Made by a program: the position numbers and the translations under genes. A stretch of 64,000 nucleotides of DNA, from the NCBI GenBank assembly GCA_002633005.1, contig NMRA01000059.1, forward strand, positions 833,150 through 897,149, read 5' to 3'. The notes under the pieces are model-generated. The model worked only from the letters and a program-made list of their open reading frames with translations, made no database searches and was not told where the DNA came from. The DNA comes from Phoronis australis. Taxonomy: Eukaryota; Animalia; Phoronida. Positions 50,582-64,000 of this stretch are shown here, piece by piece. Every line of letters starts with the position of its first letter. Within the stretch, counting starts at the first letter, position 1.

Positions 50582-50754
50582 AGTTTGGTCCATGAATATG
50601 TACCCCTAACACAGCTGTTTGGCCCAAAGATATGCACCCCTAACACAGATGTTTGGTCCAAAAATATGCACCCCTAAAACAGCTGTTTGGTCTTAAGATA
50701 TGCACCCCTAACACAGCTGTTTGGTCCAAAGATATGCACCCCTAACACAGCTGT
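50582..50754 (+). repeat. Minisatellite, 34 bp x~5 (ATATGCACCCCTAACACAGCTGTTTGGTCCAAAG)
   Basis: Directly visible; contiguous units with no spacers. Confidence 0.93.
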
Positions 50755-51762
50755 AAGAAATCTACCGTGAATATCACAAAACCAGTTGTTTGCGTTTCCC
50801 GCAAAAAATCTATTCAGTAAGAGCAAGTCTTTTCATAGCTCGTGCAAAGCATGTAATTTCAGGAAAACAAAATCTTAATAGCTCGTGCAGGAGAGACTGG
50901 GGTTCACGGTGCTTTGTGCAGGCCTAAATTGACACAACGACCCAAATTGGCACGACTTCAGAATTGGAATAACTTGAATCAGCATTGCCGGCACAAACTG
51001 ATACACGCAGATATTCTGTAATTGTGTTAGTTTGAGCCGTTGTATCAACCTGGGTCTGCACAGACCATTCGCTGACAATATTATACCCATACTACGCCCC
51101 ATTAACTCTCAGCAACTGAATGAATGGGTTGTCTGGAATTAATGTAACTGGGAGTGAGAAAATTTATTAGTGGAAAGCTTTCGTGGTAAGCTGCCATGGA
51201 AGTTTGTCTGCCGCAGGAACTTGTCCGGTCTTTTCCATAGCCTTTTCCGGTGTTGAAGAAAAATTTGACAATGCAAGACGGAATTGCAAACCCGGCTCTG
51301 GCGGTGTAAAATCGTACATGCTCACTTGCATAGCCGGTAGTTTTCAAAGGAGTGCCAAGCTCGAAATTGGTGGCGACCGGAGAGATAGATGGTGACCGGG
51401 AAAAGATTGTTTTGCAATGAACCCTCTAGGGAGTCCCTGTACCCTTGTGGCTCGCCAGTTCACATGCTTGAGTTCTGCCGACCGTTTGCGTACTCTTGTG
51501 AACTAAAGCCGCTGCAACAACAGGCAACAGATTTTACATATCACATGTTAACAAAATAGCAAGTATTTTCAGTTTGTAATGAAGAACCGTGTCCTTTATT
51601 GTGAAATATCCCATTATAGTAGATGGAACATTTCCGTGACACAGCGTACATTGAGACAATTTTGGTCGTGTTGGCAATCTGCATAATAGTACAGACCTGA
51701 GCTGACACACGCACAAAATGCTGTGACCATTTGGACAAATTGTGTCATTTTGGGTCCACAGA

Positions 51763-51920
51763 ACAGGGTTAGGTTCAATAAAGCTAGGACCTATGCTAGG
51801 ACCTCGCTAAAACCTAGCCAAAATCACGTTCTCTCATTAAAAATGCACGGGAATTTCTCACTTAATCTCGCAAAGTCTTGCTTTTTGCGATGTCTTGGCG
51901 CTACTGAACTCCACTCAGGT
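51763..51920. mobile_element. Short MITE, copy of 2376-2533
   Basis: Colinear similarity GCTAGGACCTCGCTAAAA..CCAAAATCA..CTCTCATT..AATCTCGCAAAG.CTTGCTTTTT. Confidence 0.68.
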
Positions 51921-53641
51921 ATGTTACCGTTTGCCTGTGTTCGGCCAATAAAGCTCAAGTTGCATCAATCAGGATTTGGCCCGGCTTGGTTTGGTTTATT
52001 GACCTGACTTAGAATTATACTAAGCCCTGTTTTAAAGAAAATTGCAAAATCACGATACATGATTACACAGTGCTCTAAAATCGTCGTCAAAAATCTTCGA
52101 ACTATCAAAACAAGCTGTTTACTAAATCTCTCAAATAGGCAAGCGTCACTAACGTGTTACTGGGCGAGCTGTAGCTTACCAACGGCTTGGTTAAAGTCTA
52201 TATCGAACTACACTGATATAGCTTGTGGCACATTGAGAAAGTGAACAATACATTTATCGTTCAGGGCAGTAATAAATACAAAATTGCATGTTACTCATCC
52301 AATTTTGGTTTAAATGTGTCATTGGGAAGCTTAGCGTTTCACAGACTTTCGACCGCATTGCATACAGGAATACTCCTAGAGGCAAGGAAGAAACAATATG
52401 TAACCCATGGCACAAGGGGGGTGAAAGGTTTGTCATACCAATTCCTTTGCTAAGTGAAATCAATGCAACAGGTTTTCGTCAGAAATGTCGACTTTAACAC
52501 TTGAAGCTTGTATTTAAATCTTTGTTTGTGTATGCACGGACGTGGTGACAACTGCGATGCCATCAATGCCGATGACTTCCACGAGTCTGCTATAGAAAGT
52601 AAGCAAAGCTTATATATCGAGCTGCAGTACCGTCTGCAAATTTAAGTCGTTTGACAAACATTAGTGGCGCGATGACGAGTGGTCTGGTGAGACTTAAGAT
52701 GACACGATGTCTGTCAATAATTTGATGACGTAAAATACAGACCAAGGAGTTAAAAGAAAATAAAAACGCACAGTGCATACATCCACAATACAATAAAACG
52801 TCCATTCGAGGAAAAATCTCCAACTTTCATTGCTTGACTGACCAATCCATGGCCGAGCTGAAAATGTCTGAACGACTTGGATACAAAAAGGACCCATTTG
52901 ATGGTCAATCGGTCACGTGCAATCACCATAGGCTGGCTGCAAATCCTAACCTCAAATTACGTCATCGGAATATGCGCTTCTCAAGGAGAGACGGCAGATC
53001 TGTTGTCTCACCGGAATCTAACGACAGATCAGACGTCGGACGATTGTTCACCTTTGCATTTTTAGACGGCGGGTCAGACATCAGTATACAAACGCTGTAT
53101 TGAGGGTGCGAAAATAATAATTCTGAAAAACACTGACTTGCGTGTAGGTTGAATTTTAGCTTTAGTGAAACGCTGGCAAGTTGACCACAGCAAGTGTTTT
53201 GGCTTGAAAACGTTTTGAAGATCTTAAGCTGTTAGGCCAATGAGACAATCTTCTGAGGCATTAAGATGCTCATATAACAAACCCTAGGGAACAATATTCG
53301 TATCAATACTACTTCTGAATTTAAGAAGTTGAAATCTTATCTGCTACTGCATGACCTTCTTAAGTTATTGGGTACGAGTTATGTAATATTGATCAATTAA
53401 TAAACATAAACCTTGTGCCCTTTGTATCTTATCACAGTCTCGCTAGTTAAGTCAGGTACAAAAATTCCAATCGCAATTCAAGATTTCATGTCTGCCATGC
53501 AGCACTTGAATCTCTCGTCTGACAACGACTGGCAAGATGATAGTTAGAAGCATATATACTGAACTGAAACCGACATATTTATGTTAAGCTTTACTTGAGG
53601 TTATTCGTGAAACTCGCAATAGCATATCTGTGCAAGTGCTC

Positions 53642-53642
<1 letters not shown>

Positions 53643-53680
<38 letters not shown>
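53643..53680 (+). repeat. Poly(C) tract, 38 nt
   Basis: Directly visible. Confidence 0.95.
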
Positions 53681-54388
53681 ACTCTCTCAAGAGCAGAAGT
53701 TGTTGGTGGAGTACAGGTGTTGAAGGCGAACTAAGCCATTCATCCTCAAACACTCGAAAATCTCTAAAAACTCTATGTAAAGTCTGTAAAATCGCCATGA
53801 GTGACTAGCTAAGTTGGCGACCTTCGCTCCAGCGAGTGGCAAAGACGGTCTCATTCAAAGTAGCGGTTTATTTAGTCAAAACTAACACAAAAAATGGTTC
53901 ATGAGTCCCATTCTCACTATAGTGTGATCATTGCAATAAAGATTCTTTAACGTTTTGTGGGACTTTTTGACAAGACTGTGTGTTTAGCTACTGTGACTCA
54001 GTAAAACTATACATTTTATGAAAGCAGAAAGCCCGTAGAATTTCTGTCATTGATTGGACCACGTATGTCTTTGTAGTGATATTTAGCAAAAAGGGAAGGT
54101 ACTTTATTAGAAAATACAACAACCTGATCAATAACATGGCCAAATTTCGTTTGATATAAATCTCCAAGAGGAAATCTCATGAATGCTGTTACAATTTTCC
54201 ATTTAATTTCCGTTTTATGCAACTTTTATCATTGAGTGAATAAATTATCAAAGCAGGGCTTATTGTCATTTTATCATTCAACTAAACGTTATTCGAATTT
54301 TTGTAAGATAATATGAAACTGGTGGGCACGCACTTTTACATGTTGCCGTCAGAGGGCTCACTACTTAGACAACAGTAGGTGGTATTTG

Positions 54389-54523
54389 GTGCGACGCTGT
54401 TTCGTACCTGTAAACGCGTAGTGCGGCATGGTCGTACCTGTAAACGCGTAGTGCGGCATGGTCGTACCTGTAAACACGTAGTGCGACGCTGTTTCGTACC
54501 TGTAAACGCGTAGTGCGGCATGG
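54389..54523 (+). repeat. Minisatellite, 30/32 bp variants x~4 (CGTACCTGTAAACGCGTAGTGCG core)
   Basis: Directly visible. Confidence 0.92.
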
Positions 54524-55448
54524 CCCATGTTCTTAGGGATTATTCAACTTTACATGAGGTCGAGTACAGTAATTATGGTTTAATGTTGATTAATTGGTAC
54601 TATTTAAACCAGAGACAGGTATATGTGCAATCGATGTCATTTTAATCAATTCCAATAAAAAATGGACAGCTTTTGTAACATTACTTACTTCACAGTATTA
54701 TCGAAATGTTCCTAAGAAGACACCACTGTAAAAAAGGCAGGGTGGATTGTAAAACTTCATTATCTATTTGTTTTTTCTCGTAAATTTGCTTTTCTGTGAT
54801 TTGTTGATTGTGAAAATAAAGATGAAAAAATATCATTTTTAGACACCAAATATTAAGAATTTAAATCCGGTGGAAATGTCACTTTAAAACTTCAGTAACC
54901 GTCCCCATCTGTCTTCACACTGCTTCGCGCATGCGAACTAGCACTAGGTACTTCGTTTAAACTTCATCACTGGTTGCTCATATACGATCCTTTACGTTAG
55001 GTATAACTCGTGAAGTTGAGCTGAATGGTTCAAGACAAGACCAGATTTAGGTAGTCAATGCCAAATCGCGATTGCAATTCAATAAAATCAAAACGCTGAA
55101 GTGACTATTTCTTTAAGTATTAAACTTATGATTATGGTTCCATCAATCAAGATACTTGTTGAGTTTTATCTTCTCAATGTTTATTTAAATTCTGAGAATC
55201 ATGAATTAAAACTCATAAACAGTCCGATCCAAATGACAAATATTTTTTCTGATAGTAAATTATATAGCGTTCACTTGGCGTCTGACTAGAAAGCAGAACA
55301 GACCTCTGATCGGTTGTTTGAAAAAAATCAACAATTGAACGCTCGCCAGACGTTTGTCCTGCCTTTTTATCGTCCGACCACAAATGCGACGTCAAATCTG
55401 CTTTCTTACCATTAAAAGCCTACATGCCAGTGATGTGATTTGCGGTTA

Positions 55449-55599
55449 CATGGGCAGCGCACCATAGGGGACTGAGGGGCTACAGCCCCCAATTTTTTCC
55501 GTGCTACGCTGCACATAGTCTATAGGTGGTGTCCCACAGGGACGCTGAAGGGGCTTTAGCCCCACCCACCCCACTTTTTTCAGTGCTGCGCCGCCCATG
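55449..55599. mobile_element. 151-bp MITE with CATGGGC TIR and 5-bp TSD GGTTA
   Basis: GGTTA|CATGGGCAGCGCA ... TGCGCCGCCCATG|GGTTA; relative at 59308-59378. Confidence 0.75.
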
Positions 55600-58500
55600 G
55601 GTTAGGGACGGTTCACCCATGATCGTTGCACGCGGTTGGCTGCGAATATTTAAGCATTTTGCATATTAATGTTACGGTAAGAACTTGTAAGACGCAGCAC
55701 GTCTAATGAGCACTCGCATTCAACCTATCTCCCTGTTCATCAGGCGTACCAACTGCTATCTTATCAACACGGTATTAGTCACATATCAGGATATTCATTC
55801 GTTGAATCCTGGAAACCGGACCTCAGCTGGCTCAACAATAGAAGCCGTACCGGTACTTGAAACGACAGGTGGTCTCCATCGGCACTTACTGCTCTTCAAA
55901 ACTCTGGCCACAGACGGAAAAAGTCGAATGCCTCCATCCGTTTTGATTTGTGAGAGCTTTTGAATGTGTTCATCATCAGTTGAAAGGTCCGCTCCCTCGC
56001 AAGCCTGTCGCCAAGCCTATTGCCATAGATGCATTTTGGCATCACTTATTTTATGATCTCCGTGCGCAACGGTAATCATACAAAAACTGGGTTTGACTAT
56101 TAGTGCGTACGCATTGTGAGCACATTTGTAACACATGCTAGGAGATAAAAACAATTCTGCCAAACACTCAAAATTAATATGTTTCACATATTCCGATTAA
56201 TTGGTGATTTCTTGCTTTTACATCTAAAAAGGAATTGACAATTCACTGTCAACTTACAAACTTAACTACACCAGATGAAAGAACCACTTTGCAAATACAT
56301 AGTCACTTTTTATATTTCGCTGTTTATATGCGGTATCGCCATTGAGTATATTAGGAATATGGTATGGAGCGTTTCAACTTACCCCTCTTCAGAGATCTTG
56401 CTGCGAACCCCGCTGACCGAACACTACGCCCAGTCACAATCGTTCACCTAGTTTTACCTGCTCTATTGTAGCCGATTACGCAACGCGTCACCACAAGGTA
56501 AACTTTACCGGGACGGTAAAGTTTGTTGTCGTAACTCGCCCGTGTAAAACGTATCTCCAATCCCCTTAGGACAGAACACTTTATGCCGAGGTAAAAATTA
56601 GACAGGTATGTTTGCTTTCAGAATTTACATGTATTAGCACATACATGCAAGTGGGTGAAATTCGAAAAGGAGGGGGATGTTTCCAGCTGGTTTGCGGAAC
56701 GTCCTAATTACATCATATCTCTTTCATTGCGAATAGTTCCATGGTCTCAAGACTGTGAATTTAAAAAAGATACGAACACACTAAAATAATGAAATCTCAC
56801 ATAAAAATGTAGACGTTGGACAAAATATAACATTAGCTTTTGACAGTAATTTTGAGGGCAAATAAGAGAACAAAAAATTATTTTTAAATTATGACTAGTT
56901 TGTAGACTGAGGCAGGAATAGTGTCTACTACAGTGATCAAGAAGTATAACGTGGAAGTCGATTTTAAATTAACTCTGGATATTCCTTAGCAAGAAACAAT
57001 TCAAGTATATTAAAAGTTTTTGCCGAGAAAACATTTCTGTTGTTGAGGCTAAATTGCAAGCTAATAACCACAAGAGAAGAGATTTGCCTCGTTTCGGTGT
57101 AGACAGATTATTGTTGGATTCACTGTTGTGCCACATCAGTGACACAACCAAGACTGACGCAACGTAGCGTTCTTGCCAGATAAGCGTTCAAAGAGCGCCA
57201 ACCTTCCCCGTCGAACCGCCTCCCACCACATCGTGTAAAAAATTATTGAGACTGGGTCGCGTTTGCAGCCTGGTCGGCTCACTTCAAGTCTGCGTTCCTT
57301 TGGCCAAGCTTTTCGTGAGTTTGGCGACATGAAGCAAAATCACGTTGAAAATCACGCAAGCTCAGGCCAAACGCTCTTGATCTTACTAGCGAACAAGTAT
57401 ACTAAAAGAATGGCGGCCATTTTTGGTGAGACTATTATCAGGCGGAGATTTGGTGGCGCAAGTGTCTTGTGGTTGTCTCGCATTTACAGAACACACTGGA
57501 CTGTATTTATACACCTTGTCAAGCAAGTCTTTGTTATTTGGTTAGTGACCGTATTATTTTGATGTAACCAATTAGTTTGTGATATTACAAAAATGCAATT
57601 ATTTCATCACTTTTCACGGAAATTGTCGTCAAACGGCCGTAACCTTCAGTAACATTTCTGAACACTTCAGTGTGTACCAGAAAATGAGATACATTTTTTG
57701 TAAAAGTATATGTAATGCAATACCAAGGACATACCCTTGAGAAATTGCTAGAGCTCGGAACGATGGGTCTCAATTTTTATTACGACTTTTATGTCCACGT
57801 ACGCCTACCTATTTCATATATACTTCTACGTTTACCTACTACAGCTTTATCTTCCTTTTGTTCTTTCAGAAAGCTTCACGTTTTCTAATTTGGGCAACAA
57901 ATTTTTCAATTGGGCATTTGAGATTTTGAAAACTTTTACTGAGTCCCTTTTCTCTCCGTGCGTACTCCAATCTACAATAAAAACTGAGACAAGCATAACA
58001 TTGCAGCACAAAGCTATGAACGGATAACCTTTTCACGCTAATTATTAATGGCAGAACGATTCAATAGGTCACTGGGTACCTGCTACTGTATTAACGATTA
58101 AACCAACATTGGGGTGTAAAGTAAGCAGCAAGGGGTAAACTTTACCGACATTGCATACATATCAATCCGAAATTGTTGTAAAATCTTTCATGAATCGGTT
58201 CACACGTTTCAAACTCCCATTCATTTAGGAATTGTGGCAAGAAGTAACCTCGTTGTTGTGAAGGGATCAGACATCAGTAAGACTGCTAGCCGCTGAAACC
58301 ATGGAATGTTCCTGCTTACGAAATACCAGGTAGACAAATGTGTTCCTACTTTAACAAGGTACAATCTACACCGATAACATAAAAAGCACACATTATCTCC
58401 TGTGAAACAACCGTTACGTCTCAAATGGATAGTTGTGACAAGCAGCTAGGGCCACGCCCACCATAGTTACAGTTGCGACGGTTCCCTAAGTGCAAATAGC

Positions 58501-58772
58501 ACTTTGCAGGCGTATGACAAAACCGATTCTCTTCATAGAAAAGATTACCGTAGAGCCGTTTATGCCACTTCATTGACACGTAAAGCTTCATTCACAGATG
58601 TCTAATCGGTTGAAGCAGGTACCATCAAAAATGGCACACAATTAAATTTAGCAATTTTTCCACGTGGTTATTTAGCAGCACTAATGAAAAAAATAAATGC
58701 AAAGACAATTCACATCCACATAGTCATGCTTGGCAGATCCTTATTCATTACACCAAACACACAGTTTTCTGT

Positions 58773-58786
58773 GTTACCATGGTAAC
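58773..58786. promoter_or_regulatory. Perfect palindromic RFX X-box GTTACCATGGTAAC
   Basis: Exact match to the GTTNCCATGGNAAC consensus; SP/KLF-type GGCCACGCCCA at ~58449. Confidence 0.5.
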
Positions 58787-58855
58787 AATGGCGATTGTTT
58801 TACAGCTTTCTCTGTCGTTATAGTACAAGATAATATGTTGTGTTCTTGACCATTT

Positions 58856-59285
58856 GAGGAGGTCTGAAACGCAAAAAACTGACTAAATTGCATCATTCAA
58901 AATGGTTTTCTGCCACTGAATCAAAATTCAACCTGTTTGCCAGATATTTTTACGGTTTTCCCTTGAAGATTTTGAATTTGTGTTGATTTCAAAGCATTTT
59001 TCTTTTAGTTTTAAATTTCATCAAAACGATCTGTCAACTGCTCGTCACTTCGTTGATTTTTCTCCCACAAGGCAAAGCGTGTCTCCTTATTTGATATTGC
59101 AAAACAAAGACGTGCATTTCCTTGATATGGAAAATGTGACCTTTGACGTTTAATGCAAACAAAACAATGTGTGACTTCAACCAGAAGCCCGATTCAACAG
59201 GCAATTCGTATTTAAAATTAGTTCCAAAGGTACATGTATTGTAGTATTCAAATACATTCTCAAATTCGCTTGGAATTCTCTTAGG
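58856..59285 (-). mobile_element. MITE family 2, partial inverted copy 3
   Basis: Reverse-complement similarity to 22490-22780 and 11460-11750; ends next to the N at 59308. Confidence 0.6.
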
Positions 59286-60425
59286 GAATTCTCTTAGGGA
59301 ATTCTCTNATGGGCGGTGCCTGAGAGGGGGGATGTGGGGGCCATATCACCCACTTTTTTCAGTGTTACGCCTCCCATGCCTCCTACTGTGGTGTCGACCT
59401 CTGATTCGGAATGCACTCCGTCTTGTCAGTCAACTAAACAGTGAGCGCAAGCGCGCAATGGTCATAAGTGGTCTACTTTAGGTGGCACTGAACAGTTAGA
59501 CTGTAGCCGCAGGGTATTTTCTAGTCATTGTCTTGTCATTTTCAAGTCCCTAGAATTTAAATGTAGGGCGTGTGTCAGGTTTGGCGGGTTGTTTGAGGAA
59601 TTTGTTGAAAACAATTGCGAGGAAACTGATTTTCTTGTGTTTCTGAATGAGAAAAGCTAAGTTTTTTTAGCCGTGACCTATTTTCCATGCAAAATGGTGG
59701 GTGTCGTTTGCTTTCAACCCCTGTCACCTGCTGACTGAGAAACCGGGTGCGATTTCTGGTGACTGTCAGACAGATCAAAACTGCCAAACAAGTAGCTGGT
59801 GAAAGCGTACTATGACCACATTTTTAGAGAGTGCGAGCATTCTGAATCTGTTGTCAGATTTCCTGTAGCACTTGCAGGGAAGTAGTAAATTTGGATAGAA
59901 AACTGTCAAATTTGGTGTTTTTGGTCCTATTTTTGTGTGCCGGTATTTTTTCCGGGTGTGATTTAGCCGATTAAAAATCTGCAGCATAAATAAGTTTCAA
60001 TTATCGTGAGAAGTGCTTTTGAGTTGGGAACGCCAAAAAACCTTTAATGTTTTTTCAGACTCTCGATTAAGATGTGAGATAAGTACTCGTCTTCACTTGG
60101 TGTGTGTCGGCAGCCAAAACCCTGTAATCACTGTAGTGTGCCTCCGAAATGAGCGCGGCTTTGCTCAGCAGCATTTTGTTTATGGCGGAAGAATTCGTGA
60201 CAGACCAACGATTCGCAATTCCGACCACAAGGGGAGAAGTGTTGACGACGGGGAGTGGAGAATGTTTGTCACGTCTCGAGGAGACTTGCTGGTGATTGCG
60301 AGAAGATAAATATTGAAGAAGGGGCAAATGCAGCCATCCACTGGTCAGGATTAGCGCCGACGTGGGTAAAAATCATCTGCCTCAAGAATAGTGTTCTTAA
60401 ATCTTGCATTTCATCTTGAGCAGAC

Positions 60426-60917
60426 TATTTACCAGTGTTGGAAAAATAGGCGTTCCACCGTTAATCTGCAGCTAAAGTTGCGTCGGCTTTCAGCGCCAGG
60501 AAATCTAGCGTCACCTATTGGCTAGTCTGTTTTTTAGCCGATTCTTCAATCAACTGTTCTTCTTCCACGAGATTGCGTACGTGTCAGAACAAGTGATCGG
60601 AACTGGTTTCATTTCGTTATAAGCTTTTATCATTGTAATGCTAGCAAACCGAATTTCGGAACAAACTTTGCTGCCAGGAAGCTGTCACTGTTTCCTGATA
60701 GATGTCGCAAAGAATATACAGGAAATGGCGTGTGGGCATGTCACCAGCGAACTGTTTTCAAAACTCCGATAAGCTTTTCTTTGTTACAAAAGGCGGAGAA
60801 CTGTGCACGAAAATGACGTTTATTCGATAAATTTTCTCCTTAAACGGCTGGCGACGAGGCGACGAGCACAACTTAGCAGCAGAATAACGGTGCGAATATT
60901 TCTAACACTGGTAAATA
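60426..60917. mobile_element. ~490-bp MITE
   Basis: TATTTACCAGTGTTGGAAA..CACCGTTA.TCTGC.GCTAA / TTAGCAGCAGAATAACGGTG..TTTCTAACACTGGTAAATA. Confidence 0.72.
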
Positions 60918-63609
60918 ATTTAGTTTACTCAAGGAAGAGGTTAGTTTTTAATGACACTATTTCTGTGTCAGATTTTATTTAGTCAGTTTTTTGCCCACAT
61001 CGACCAAAAGCTGTATATTTAATTTATTATACAGTTTTGCACCAAGGATAGACTTACGCACCTATAGCTCCCTAGCTGACGAGGATAAGAGCATGTAATT
61101 GATCCTAAGCTATGGATTAATCCCAGATATGAATGTGTAGAGTTTACAAAACGAAGCATGGTTTTAAAATAATTATGCTAGTATTGTGCTTGCCCTTTTG
61201 GTTGTTTTTACAAATGTGCTTGACCAGCTGAGATTTGTGATTTCTCCACTTGGACAAAGATGATGGCGGAAAGTAAACATTTCGAACAGCCGCGAAGAAA
61301 TTGAAACGCTGGTCAAGGGTCTTACGTGTTTGTAATTCAATGTCCATACCATATCCTTAGAATTATCTTTAAGTTGAGTTTGGACAAGTAACCTGACATC
61401 CCGGGGGGCTTACAGAGTGGTGTATAACGAGATGTGTCGCTCAGGTGGGTGCTTTATTTCACGATCAGATCTCTTCGGCTACCTCAGCAACACGACTGAT
61501 GCATTAATAAACAGAGATTCGTCACTCATAAACACGACGGCTCAGATTCACAATAAACTCCATTCACTGACTAACAAACACAGACCACCGACGTCCAAGT
61601 ACGTCTCACAGCCAGAGAAAGGCGTACCGGTGTAGTGTCGGACGAACAAAGGCTTACGTACTCAACACTTATGCCGAGACTCGCGAATACGTCGGTTCAA
61701 TGACCATCCACAGTTGGTCTGTGCGTGAATCGGTAAAGAAATGTGGCGCTGAAGGGAGGAATGTGTTCGTGACAGCTTGGAATTAGATGTGCGAGAAAGG
61801 TGTTTGTGCGCAAGCTGGGCCGAACCGTGTTCGGGTAGCGTGCAGATTACCTACGAAAGACTTTTCCCCAAGAAAAGTTTAGGTTTGAAACAAATGGGTC
61901 CGTGTTTGCAATAAAGAGGGTTGTAATTAAAATATTGGTCAAAGATATTCAATATATGTTAGTAAATAGGTTTGAGGTAGGAGTAAAAACCACTGTAAAA
62001 GGATATGTTATGGTCGTAGAAGTTCCCCACAAATTGGTCAATTTCCTTTCGGCTCTCTTACTGTTGGGTATTTTAATTTCCCAGCCGTAAACTCCCCTTA
62101 AAATATTGGAGGGTCTTCCAGGGCTTGACATAATATTTGTACCGTGAAGTGTACGCCGAACAATGGTATTCAAACGATAACCTAAAGTGAAAACTAAACA
62201 GATCACTCACATTATTCAAACGTGAATGTATGAATGTACTGTTGACCGATCGAGAGTCTGGTGGAGATCAAATCTTTTGTGGTCTGAGCTAACAATGTGT
62301 GTAAGCCAATTCTGTAGGATAATCCGCAGGTCTACATTATTTTCTCTGAATTTTTCGATGCCCAAGTTGATGATTAAAATACCAAGTATAATCCATAGGC
62401 AGATTTATGGGGGGACCAGTGGCCGGTTGCATGAAACAGTCCCAAATAGGGACTCAACTAAGGCTCCTAAGTCTTTTCGCGTATTTGTGTCTTTATGGAC
62501 TCGCAGATGCAATATTTTTCTATCATTCCATCTTTATTATGAACTCCTCTTTGATAAATGACATTTTCTAGTAATATAACTAAAAACTGAGCCCAGAGTT
62601 AATTGAATATAAATAGGGACTCAGTACTTAAATTGGGGAGTGTTGCATGAAAATATCCCAATTTATTTTCAATAATATTGATAATTCAACATCGAGTTCA
62701 CTTTCGATTTGTATCAAATAATAGACGAAACGTTGGTTTATCATGAACTTCTTCATTTGTGCAGCGATCGTCCGGTTTTTAATTTTATTTCAGGTAAGTG
62801 CGTTTAGTGTTCTTTGCTGTTTGGAGATCGGGTGATAGATCGAATTTTCCCAATGCCAGCCTGCAACTAAGTTCACTGAAGCATCGTCATTTCTTACAGG
62901 AATAGCTGAAAAATCATCTGAAAATCAGTCGATTTTCGTAGATGCATGAGCAGAAACCAACAGATTCGTTGTTTATCAAAACAGAATAAGTAATTCCCGA
63001 AGATATGCTTGAAGACTCTCGATTGGCAACTGAAGAGACCATGGGAGACGGGGCATCCCTAGGGGCTTGGGGGTCCCCCAATAAGTTTTCAGAATTTATT
63101 CATGCTTACGTGTATTTTTATTCTTCGCAGAGGTAGCTATTGCGGTTTTTTTTTAATTAAACTAACATAGCTGAAATCTTTGTTTACGATTGCCAGTACA
63201 TATAGATTTCTTTGAATACCTTAATTCATTAGACAAGTGCGCTCTAAACACCGTCATCAAAAATCCTAACCTCGACAGTATCTTAAACATGTTCGAGTTT
63301 CCTACAAACAATTCCTTGTAACTATTTTCAAAAGAATTAGTTTTATAAATGATATTATGGGGAAAAGTATGGACATGCTATAGTTATAAAACCATAGGAA
63401 ATGTCACTATTGTGTAATTCACAAAAAGTGAACCTCTCTAGTTCTGTAAATGTCCCGCCTTTCTATGGCGGTCCGTACTGACTTATTTTTCAAAACAATC
63501 GTTTTAAGAGTGACTACGTTTAAAAACCAACAGGTAGAATCTATACCCAAAATCACATATTTTTGGGACTGAGCACATGGTTTGGGGATATGTATGTAAA
63601 AAATAATTG

Positions 63610-63825
63610 CAGGTGGTCTGATACACGTTGTACCAGACGTGCGCAGGCCTCACATGTGGGCCCATTGCACTGATCACCTGGACCCATTTTTGTGTTTTGT
63701 GGTTAAAACCGAACTGAGGAGCTAGAAACCTGGCTCAAGGGTTTAGCTGTGTGACCTAGTGTGACTCGAACCCACGACCTCGAGTAAAGAAGCCGGGCAC
63801 TTATCAACCAGGCCACACAGCCCCC
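63610..63825 (-). mobile_element. tRNA-derived SINE
   Basis: Minus-strand head GGGGGCTGTGTGGCCTGGTTGA (A box) ... GGTTCGAGTC (B box); body shared with 31527-31760 and 13930-14050. Confidence 0.72.
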
Positions 63826-64000
63826 TCTATTGGTGAGATGTAGAAAAACATTTCGCTTTTTAAGAATTTTCCTCCATTATCTCTCTAGCTGCTGTACTTC
63901 CATCATGAATTTCACTAGATTTTATTGTGAACTGATAACAAATGATACGGTTTGAAAGGACTATAATTGAATAATTTAATGTCATAACTTTCAAAATTCA

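Noticed and set aside
50582-50754. 34-bp repeats as a CRISPR array (also 16075, 42202, 54389)
   Set aside because: Units are contiguous with no unique spacers, there are no cas genes, and the context is eukaryotic; these are minisatellites.
55950-55985. Minus-strand CTGATGA-TGAA-CACA-TTCA-AAAGCTC hammerhead-like motif
   Set aside because: Lacks the G of GAAA and has no stem I pairing.

Overview
This is AT-rich animal (probably marine invertebrate) genomic DNA with GT-AG introns; there are no prokaryotic features. The main feature is a minus-strand type IV collagen gene that I assembled by hand from 13 phase-compatible coding exons (43381->26248, 2091 nt, 696 aa). It is very atypical: signal peptide, then a basic Cys-free propeptide, an extended 7S-like helix, only ~276 further collagenous residues, and an NC1 with all 12 Cys. 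That NC1 lacks both sulfilimine residues (Met93/Lys211 equivalents) and the chloride-switch Asp, and gains an N-glycosylation sequon in the interface loop. This suggests a short, probably non-network-forming collagen IV. The window also holds a 347-aa orphan ORF (17425-18468, minus) with a CxxxCxxCxxxC motif and a possible RFX X-box promoter, and two tandem histone-type 3' stem-loops with no histone gene. There are many TE relics: CR1/L2-group LINEs, a Penelope GIY-YIG fragment, a hAT C-terminus, Kolobok-type TTAA elements with THAP/KolX remnants, tRNA-SINEs, MITEs and minisatellites. All comparisons to known proteins are from recalled family sequences, not database searches.
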